A stretch of DNA of 64,000 nucleotides. Source: Tubiluchus corallicola. Its lineage: Eukaryota; Animalia; Priapulida. The position numbers and the translations under genes were made by a program. The DNA is taken from positions 560,282 to 624,281 of the forward strand of contig JAQGDQ010000016.1 in NCBI GenBank assembly GCA_030141605.1, written 5' to 3'. Positions 56,796 through 64,000 of this stretch are shown piece by piece (position 1 is the first letter of the stretch; the number at the start of each line of letters is the position of its first letter). Below the pieces are notes generated by a model. The model did no database searches. It saw only the letters and a list, made by a program, of their open reading frames with translations, and was not told the DNA's origin.

Positions 56796-59700
56796 TTGCA
56801 ATGGATGGACCAGCCTCAGAACATGACAGCATTCATGAATATCATGCGTGAGGGACAGCGTCAGCAAATGAACATGTATAATGCCATGCAGCTTCCTGCA
56901 GTTGAGCTTGAAAAATTTGATGGCAACGTGATGCATTTCTGGCATTTTATTAAGCGCTTCGAGGCCAGTGTAGAGAATTACACAGAAGATGAGGCAGCAA
57001 AATACACAAGGTTACTACAACTCTGCACTGGACGAGCTAAGGCTGTCGTGGAGAGTTGCCATTATATGGATCCCCATATGGCCTTTAGACGTGCTAAGTA
57101 TTTGCTAACAGAACGTTTTGGATATCCCTACATGGTAACTCAGGCTTGGTTGGATAAAATTAACAATTTTAGTTGTATAAAAATACAGGAGCCAGAAAAG
57201 TTACAGGAGTTCTCAGATGCACTTGTTGGGTGTATTGAAACATTAAAATGCATGAACAATTTGAGTGAAATCAATACTCAATCCGGTTTACTGCAAATTA
57301 TTAGAAAGCTGCCATATAAGTTCCAAGACAAATGGAAGGATGTTGTGTGCCGGTTACTGAAGACGCAAAACAGGAACCCATCCATATATGATGCAGTTGA
57401 CTTTGTGAAAGAAGCAGCAGAGAAGATGAATCATCCAGTATATGGAGAATTGTATAACAATGGCCCAAAGAGAGTAAAGCAAGGCAGTGCAGCCAAAAAC
57501 TTTGCGAGCATTTCTAGAAATATAGCAACTCCTGGTGCTTCTACGCAAGTTACAAGGGTGAAAGAACGCAATCTAGAAGAGAGCAAGAAGCCAGGAAACA
57601 ATGGCAAACAATGCTTGTTGTGCAACTCGGCTGAGCATGTATCATTACAAAAATGCAAAAAATTTAGCACGATGAATGACATCGAAAAATTGGCATACAC
57701 AAGGAAAGAACGTTTGTGCTACAATTGCCTGGCTAAAGGGAGACACAGAGCCTACCAGTGTACAAAACCACCCTGCGATGTGAATGGATGCAACCGGAAA
57801 CACTCTTCCTTACTTCATCATGCATTAGAAAGAAATGCACAAGCGCGGCAGAACGATGCAGCTAGCCAAACGGAAATGGATCGGCAAAGCACAACTCGAG
57901 CAGTCTCGTGTCTAAATAAAGCTTCCTACACAGTTACAAAGGCGGCGTTACCAGTACTGCCAGTCTTAGTACATGTAGAAGGGAAACGACCTGTAAAAAC
58001 ATTGGCATTATTAGATCCAGGTTCTACAAACACCTTTTGTTCAAAAGCACTGTTTAATCAACTTGGAGCCAAAGGAAAAGAAAATGTTCTGTTGTTAACT
58101 ACTATAGACAAGAAACATAGCAGGACTGACACTATGGTAACTAGCATGACAATCATGAGGATGGATAGAAACAACCATATAGAGCTCCCTTGTGTATTTG
58201 TTCGGCCTACTCTCATGTTAGATGTTCAATCTCTAGCAACAGTTGAAGATGTGATAAAATGGCCGCATCTCCGAGACTTAGATGATGTTCTAAAGAGCAT
58301 AGAGAAGAAAGATCAAATGGAATTAGGTCTCTTGATTGGTCAAGATGTCGGTGAAGCATTAATTCCCCTGGAAGTAAGGACGGGAGAAAAGGACGCCCCA
58401 TATGCCATTAGAACCAAACTAGGTTGGACGCTTAATGGCCCTATAGGGGGCGGTAGAGTCAATATGTCAGTAGCAAATAACATGATTTTAATGAACGAAA
58501 TGCAGAACCAGGATGAAATACTGCAAAACCTCGTTGAGAGATTTTGGAAATTGGACAGTGTAGATAACGATAGACGTCTGTCCAGAGAAGACATTAAAGT
58601 ACTAGATATTTGGGAGAAATCAATCACAAAACGAGGTGACCATTATGAACTGCAGATACCATTCAAAGAGGAAAAATGCAAATTACCAAATAGCCGGGAG
58701 ATAGCAGAAAAGAGGCTGGCTAGTTTGGGCACCAGACTAAGCAAGAATCTAAAATTACATGAAAAATACACCGAGGAAATGAATGATTTACTTAGAAAGG
58801 GATATGCGGAGAAGGTTGAAGAAGCAGACGACCAAGATGACACAATGAAATGGTATCTCCCACATTTTCCTGTTTATAATGAAAATAAAGCTGACAAAAC
58901 TCGGATAGTTTTCAATTGTGGAGCGAAATGTGATGGCATCTCGCTGAACATATTAGCATTACAGGGACCTGATCTGACCAATACACTTCTTGGAGTATTA
59001 TTGCGGTTCAGGGAGAAGCCCGTTGGAATGATGGCAGACATAGTGGGCATGTTTCATCAAGTCTTCGTTGCTCCTCAGAACAGAGACATGCTACGCTTCC
59101 TATGGTGGCCAGATGGACAATTGGATAAACCACCACAAACTTATAGGATGACAGTGCATTTATTTGGAGGGGTTTGGTCCCCTAGTGCAGCATCCTTTGC
59201 AGTCAGGCGCACAGCAACAGATAACGTGGAAAACTTTGACTATGAGGCAGTCAGTACTGTACTGCGCAATTTCTACGTTGACGACTGCTTGAAATCCGTG
59301 GATATAGCAGAGCAAGCTATTAACCTGATTTCTTGCTTGACTGCCTTACTTGCCAAGGGAGGCTTTTGTTTAACCAAATGGACCAGCAATATCAAGCAGG
59401 TTTTAGCAGAAATCCCGGAGGAGCACAGAGGCAAACTGGTTCAAAATTTAGACTGGGCTCATGATCCACTTCCCATTGAGCATGCCCTTGGGGTCAAATG
59501 GGAGGTCGAAGGAGACACCTTTGGAATCCAGGTCAAAACTAGGGATAAACCTCACACCAGGCGAGGACTTCTAAGCTCACTGGCTTCGGTATACGATCCC
59601 CTAGGAATGGTAAACCCATTTGTCTTGCAAGCAAAATTGCTTTTCCAGGATGAATGCCGCATCAAAACAAAGTCTTGGGATGATAAATTGGAGGATGCAA

Positions 59701-59933
59701 CTGAGAAGAAATGGATTAAGTGGAAGAGCGAATGCCAACTTCTAGAGAGTTTAAAAATGAGCCGTTGTGTGAAGCCTTGCGATTTTGGCACGGTTTTGAC
59801 AAGTGAACTGCACCACTTTTGTGATGCATCGCAATATGCATACGGAGCTGTTAGTTATATACGATTAACGAATGACTGTGGTTCAGTTCATGTATCATTC
59901 CTAATGGCAAAGTCTCGTTCTAGCGCCAATTAA
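56796..59933 (+). CDS. BEL/Pao Gag-Pol, part 1: DUF1759 capsid region, three Cys/His knuckles, aspartic protease, reverse transcriptase, start of RNase H
   Basis: LEKFDGN..HFW.F; CLLC..H..C, CYNCL..H...C, C...C...HSSLLH; ALLDPGS (58014); WYLPHFPV, GPDLTN.L, ADI..MF.QV, H.FG...SP, YVDD (59274-59285); LHHFCDASQYAYG. Confidence 0.96.
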   Translation: MQWMDQPQNMTAFMNIMREGQRQQMNMYNAMQLPAVELEKFDGNVMHFWHFIKRFEASVENYTEDEAAKYTRLLQLCTGRAKAVVESCHYMDPHMAFRRAKYLLTERFGYPYMVTQAWLDKINNFSCIKIQEPEKLQEFSDALVGCIETLKCMNNLSEINTQSGLLQIIRKLPYKFQDKWKDVVCRLLKTQNRNPSIYDAVDFVKEAAEKMNHPVYGELYNNGPKRVKQGSAAKNFASISRNIATPGASTQVTRVKERNLEESKKPGNNGKQCLLCNSAEHVSLQKCKKFSTMNDIEKLAYTRKERLCYNCLAKGRHRAYQCTKPPCDVNGCNRKHSSLLHHALERNAQARQNDAASQTEMDRQSTTRAVSCLNKASYTVTKAALPVLPVLVHVEGKRPVKTLALLDPGSTNTFCSKALFNQLGAKGKENVLLLTTIDKKHSRTDTMVTSMTIMRMDRNNHIELPCVFVRPTLMLDVQSLATVEDVIKWPHLRDLDDVLKSIEKKDQMELGLLIGQDVGEALIPLEVRTGEKDAPYAIRTKLGWTLNGPIGGGRVNMSVANNMILMNEMQNQDEILQNLVERFWKLDSVDNDRRLSREDIKVLDIWEKSITKRGDHYELQIPFKEEKCKLPNSREIAEKRLASLGTRLSKNLKLHEKYTEEMNDLLRKGYAEKVEEADDQDDTMKWYLPHFPVYNENKADKTRIVFNCGAKCDGISLNILALQGPDLTNTLLGVLLRFREKPVGMMADIVGMFHQVFVAPQNRDMLRFLWWPDGQLDKPPQTYRMTVHLFGGVWSPSAASFAVRRTATDNVENFDYEAVSTVLRNFYVDDCLKSVDIAEQAINLISCLTALLAKGGFCLTKWTSNIKQVLAEIPEEHRGKLVQNLDWAHDPLPIEHALGVKWEVEGDTFGIQVKTRDKPHTRRGLLSSLASVYDPLGMVNPFVLQAKLLFQDECRIKTKSWDDKLEDATEKKWIKWKSECQLLESLKMSRCVKPCDFGTVLTSELHHFCDASQYAYGAVSYIRLTNDCGSVHVSFLMAKSRSSAN

Positions 59934-61872
59934 GGGTCTCACAATTCCCAGACTGGAGCTGTGTTCAGCAGTACTAGCAGCAACAATGGACAAAATCCTA
60001 AGAGACGAGTTGTCTTTATACATAGATTCCTCAACTTTCTGGACTGATAGTGTCATAGTTCTGCAATATATAAGAAACACTACAAAACGGTTTCACACGT
60101 TTGTGCAGAACAGAGTGACTCAGATTCTTGAAGTTTCATCTCCCATGCAGTGGCATCATATAAATTCACTGGAGAACCCTGCTGACGACGTCTCCCGTGG
60201 GATGGATGCGGCTTCCTTGATAGCCTTGGAAAGATGGAAACATGGACCAAGTTTTCTGCTAGAAACTGAAGAACATTGGCCACAACTGAACATAGATGCA
60301 GAGAAAGACAGGATAGAAAACGACAAGGAAGTCAAGAAAGTGGCTGCAGTTAACAACATTGAAGCGAAAAGTGAAGCAGATGTAGATGTCATCAATCAGC
60401 TGATAAAGCATTACTCATCGCTATATCGATTAAAGAGAGCGGTAGCATGGATACTGAGAGTCAAAAGAACACTTCTAGCTAAAATTAAAGGAAAAGATCT
60501 CACTGAACTGGCTCACCTGGCAAAGCCTGAACTGGATGGAGCCTTACACGAAATTACAAGGCATGTACAACGAGAATGCTTTGGTGCTGAACGTAGAGCA
60601 CTAAAGTCAAAGGATCAGCATGTCGCAAAGTCAAGCACCTTATACAGACTAAACCCATTTATGGACGAAAAGTGTATCCTGCGTATTGGAGGCCGCCTGA
60701 AGAGATCAACCATGAATAGAGAAGTAAAGCATCCAATTATTCTACCTAAAGGTCATAGACTTTCTCGGCTTATTGTAAAACAATTCCATGAAGAGAATGG
60801 TCATGTTGGAAGAGACCATGTAATGGCATTGGTAAGAGCAAAGTTCTGGATCGTAGGCATAAGAGTGATTGCTCGACAAGTTTGCCATGAATGTAGAGAA
60901 TGCCGACTACGTCATTCGCAACCTATGAAGCAGAAGATGGCTGACTTGCCGAAAGAGAGGATTGAATGTACTGATGTGTTCTCTGTGGTTGGAGTGGACT
61001 GTTTTGGTCCTTTTCTTGTCAGACGTGGCAGAGTAGAAGTAAAACGCTATGGACCACTATTTACGTGTCTCTCAACTAGAAGTATCCACTTAGAAGTGCT
61101 ATACGCCATGACAACGGACTCTTTCATCAAAGCTTTACACAGATTCTGCAGTAGGAGAGGAAAACCCACCAAGATTAAATCAGATTGCGGAACGAATTTT
61201 GTGGGTGCAGACAAAGAGCTGAAGAAGTCACTGTTGGAATGGAATCAGGACGTAATAAGCAATGAGCTACTGCAGAAAGATATTGAGTGCCAGTTTAACC
61301 CTCCAAATGCACCCCATATGGGAGGAATATGGGAAGCTATGATAAAAAGAGTAAAGAAAGTGTTACAGTCAGTAATGATGGAGAAAATCACCGATGACGA
61401 AGGCCTACACACACTATTTTGTATAGTGGAAAACATTATCAATAGCAGGCCTCTAACGACACTTTCTGATGATCATGCAGACTTTAACCCTTTGACGCCA
61501 AATCACCTTTTGCAGATTCATTGTGAAACCAGCCTACCACCTGGCAAATTTGTTTTGGCAGACATCTACAGAAAGAAATGGCGGCAGATTCAGCATTTAG
61601 CAAATGTCTTCTGGCATCGATGGCGAACTGAGTATTTGCCAATGTTACAGTACCGCTCTAAATGGAACAAAGAGAGAAGGAACATCCAAGATGGAGATGT
61701 CGTTCTCATCATGGACAATGCTCCCAGAAATTGCTGGTTGCTAGGGCGCGTGATTGAAAGACATTTTAGCAATGATGGATTAGTCAGAAGTGTCACCCTC
61801 AAGACCAAGGATGCACTTCTACGAAGACCCATCCACAAGCTCTGCCTGATAGAAAGTGTATATGATAATTAG
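59920..61872 (+). CDS. BEL/Pao Pol, part 2: rest of RNase H, integrase (HHCC, DDE) and DUF5641, after a 1-bp frameshift
   Basis: Removing one T at 59918-59919 restores KSR-LAPIKGLTIPRLEL. Then FWTDS, NPADDVSRG, H...GH...C..C, GVDCFGP, SDCGTNF, GGIWE, LTPNHLL and DGLVRSV. Confidence 0.95.
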   Translation, partial: LAPIKGLTIPRLELCSAVLAATMDKILRDELSLYIDSSTFWTDSVIVLQYIRNTTKRFHTFVQNRVTQILEVSSPMQWHHINSLENPADDVSRGMDAASLIALERWKHGPSFLLETEEHWPQLNIDAEKDRIENDKEVKKVAAVNNIEAKSEADVDVINQLIKHYSSLYRLKRAVAWILRVKRTLLAKIKGKDLTELAHLAKPELDGALHEITRHVQRECFGAERRALKSKDQHVAKSSTLYRLNPFMDEKCILRIGGRLKRSTMNREVKHPIILPKGHRLSRLIVKQFHEENGHVGRDHVMALVRAKFWIVGIRVIARQVCHECRECRLRHSQPMKQKMADLPKERIECTDVFSVVGVDCFGPFLVRRGRVEVKRYGPLFTCLSTRSIHLEVLYAMTTDSFIKALHRFCSRRGKPTKIKSDCGTNFVGADKELKKSLLEWNQDVISNELLQKDIECQFNPPNAPHMGGIWEAMIKRVKKVLQSVMMEKITDDEGLHTLFCIVENIINSRPLTTLSDDHADFNPLTPNHLLQIHCETSLPPGKFVLADIYRKKWRQIQHLANVFWHRWRTEYLPMLQYRSKWNKERRNIQDGDVVLIMDNAPRNCWLLGRVIERHFSNDGLVRSVTLKTKDALLRRPIHKLCLIESVYDN

Positions 61873-61945
61873 TTTTCTTAGTAATTGACACATTACTTAA
61901 AATGTTAATTAAAGGAGATAATGTAAATGCTAAAAGGAAGCATTT

Positions 61946-61955
61946 AAGGGGGCGG
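61946..61955 (+). other. Polypurine tract
   Basis: AAGGGGGCGG immediately before the 3' LTR TG. Confidence 0.85.
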
Positions 61956-62385
61956 TGTGCTGATTTGTTTAAACTTGTGTTGCCCCCTCTTTTCTGTTAT
62001 AAACTGGTTTCCTTTTAAACAGGTCATGTGACCAGACTTTTACCTGTACACTTACCTGTAGATTGGAGTAACTCAGGCGTTCACACACTGCAGTGACAAA
62101 TTGTTTAGCGTCAGTCATTGATTTGTTGTTATAATTTCATAATTACACTTACAGAAGATCACCATGTAAGTTGATTTCTTAATTTCTTAAATGTTGAACT
62201 TTGTTTATTAAAAAGACTAGAGATTAGATTGTATAATTTACCTAAAAGTTTGTTGAAGTTAATTAGATCAATTTAGTTTAGATTTCGCCGTAAAATTGAG
62301 TAAATTTATCTTATTTGTTTTTAGATTAAACGATACAAGCTACACAATTATGTTGTTGGAGTTTTTTTTATAAGAAGATAGCACA
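61956..62385 (+). repeat. 3' LTR
   Basis: 430-bp direct repeat of 54576-55005, followed by TATAT. Confidence 0.98.
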
Positions 62386-62599
62386 TATATGATGTGGAAA
62401 AACTTTTATGAAGATCCTGCAGTACCATTTAGAAAAAAATTATGTCACTCTTTGATGTGGGATATCAACACTATGTTCCCCCAAAATTCTCTTACATTAC
62501 TTCTATGTAGAATCTCGTAGCCATTACGTAGGATAAATTGTTAGAATGTCAGTTCTTCCTCTCAGGATGTCAAGGCCACATTATTTCATTTTAGGGAAA

Positions 62600-62900
62600 A
62601 ATATATCTATGTTAACGGCCATGTATGAAATTCAGACATTTTACAAAAATTCCTAGGCATTTCATATAACATCTATGCATTTCAGCAAAAGTGAGAAATA
62701 AATTTTTTGCGGCGACTCTTTCACACTTTACCTAGGCGTTTCGTATAATAGCTAGGAATTATGTAAAATGTGTAAAGTGACTTTGGCAATGTGTAAAATG
62801 TACATATTTCGCCTTGAATCGAACTTTTCCTAGCTATTTTGTACATTACTTAGGCATTGCAATGGAATGCATAAAACGATTTAGTCAATGTGCTAAACTA
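62600..62900. repeat. Degenerate short-motif repeat with inverted arrangement (CCTAGGCATT / TGTAAAATG), probably a non-autonomous element
   Basis: Recurrent CTAGGC(A/G)TT, TGTAAAATG and CATTTTACA motifs in both orientations. Confidence 0.4.
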
Positions 62901-63812
62901 AGTAAGCTATTCAAGTAAGCCGGTGAGTTAATTATTTTACTGTAACGACATCCTGCTGAATCAGATGGATCACTTTCCATAGCTTGGAATTAATACTGCA
63001 GCCAGGATTCAGTAAAGTTTCTAAGAACAATGTTCTTCATAAGTTTACGCAAACCGACATTCTTAGCGCCACACACAGATTCGTTAAACCGGTTTTCTTA
63101 AAGATCTTCTTAAGCGTGAGGCTTAGAGTTTGCATAAAAACAATTTTCCATGTTGTGCTTAGTTTAAAGGCAGTGTAAATTGTTTTCGTATTATTTTTCT
63201 TGCCAGATGGCAGCATCCAGCTTAAAGAGTTTAATACGCGCACAACAGTAGGGCCTATTTATAACCTGTACTCCACAATAATTATAAAGATCCTACAAAA
63301 GCTTTTCCATACGGTACAAAAGTTTAGATATTGTAAACGCTGCAAAACGCTTATCAAGGTGTAAACTTGCAGCAGACTAATTTGTGAACAAAAATTGGTG
63401 TCCTTTGCAGCACTTATAGTGTTTAGTACGTCTATACGAAGAGTGTGTATACCTTATCAAGACGAAATAGTACTTTTGTCACATTGTTATTTAATTTATT
63501 TCCTGTTATTCCATTAAAAATTGTTTTAACAATGGGTAAACGTAATAATGAGCGATTTTCGTAGGCTAATTCCAGCTGAACTAATAATGGACTTATAAAC
63601 ACTACTCGCTTCTTTCTTCTATAAACGATGGGAAATAATGTTCTCTAGGCTTACAAACAACTTTTTCACTGTTTCATTTACGTCAGATTGCTTTCATCTG
63701 TAAGAGACGTTGATGATCTCTATATAGGTCTGTGTTTTCGTGATTCTGAAATGCTATAAACATGTAAACTTTTTGACAACCACCTGGGCACGTATAAGCG
63801 TAGGTATACCAT

Positions 63813-63814
<2 letters not shown>

Positions 63815-63898
<84 letters not shown>

Positions 63899-63914
63899 TC
63901 TCTGTCTCTCTATC

Positions 63915-64000
<86 letters not shown>
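63815..64000. repeat. (CT)n microsatellite running off the window
   Basis: Directly visible. Confidence 0.98.

Larger units (their letters stand above)
54576..62385 (+). mobile_element. Full-length BEL/Pao LTR retrotransposon (7810 bp) carrying a glycogenin domain, inserted antisense in an aquaglyceroporin intron
   Basis: Two 430-bp LTRs with TGTGCT...AGCACA ends; TATAT TSD at 54571-54575 and 62386-62390; PPT; domain order gag-PR-RT-RH-IN with BEL/Pao motifs. Confidence 0.98.

Noticed and set aside
55360-61838. Antisense ORFs within the retrotransposon
   Set aside because: They are short shadows of the sense coding frame with no motifs.
61873-61955. Possible env gene in the retrotransposon
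   Set aside because: Only 83 nt separate the pol stop from the 3' LTR.

Overview
AT-rich, microsatellite-rich animal (probably invertebrate) genomic DNA with spliced genes. From left to right it holds the probable last exon of a tail-anchored membrane protein, three tandem + strand papain-family (C1A, cathepsin L-like) protease genes with nine coding exons each, and the 3' five exons of a minus-strand aquaglyceroporin. A complete, young BEL/Pao LTR retrotransposon (54576-62385; 430-bp LTRs with 7 differences; TATAT target-site duplication) sits in an aquaglyceroporin intron. The standout is the Gag-side ORF of this element: it carries a complete, intronless glycogenin catalytic domain with DxD, His and acceptor Tyr conserved. 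The domain lies between an N-terminal SAP domain/coiled coil and a PAM2-like motif, in the same frame as Gag-Pol, separated from it only by one TGA. Introns also contain non-LTR remnants, MITEs and minisatellites. All coordinates and alignments were read by eye; no database searches were run.
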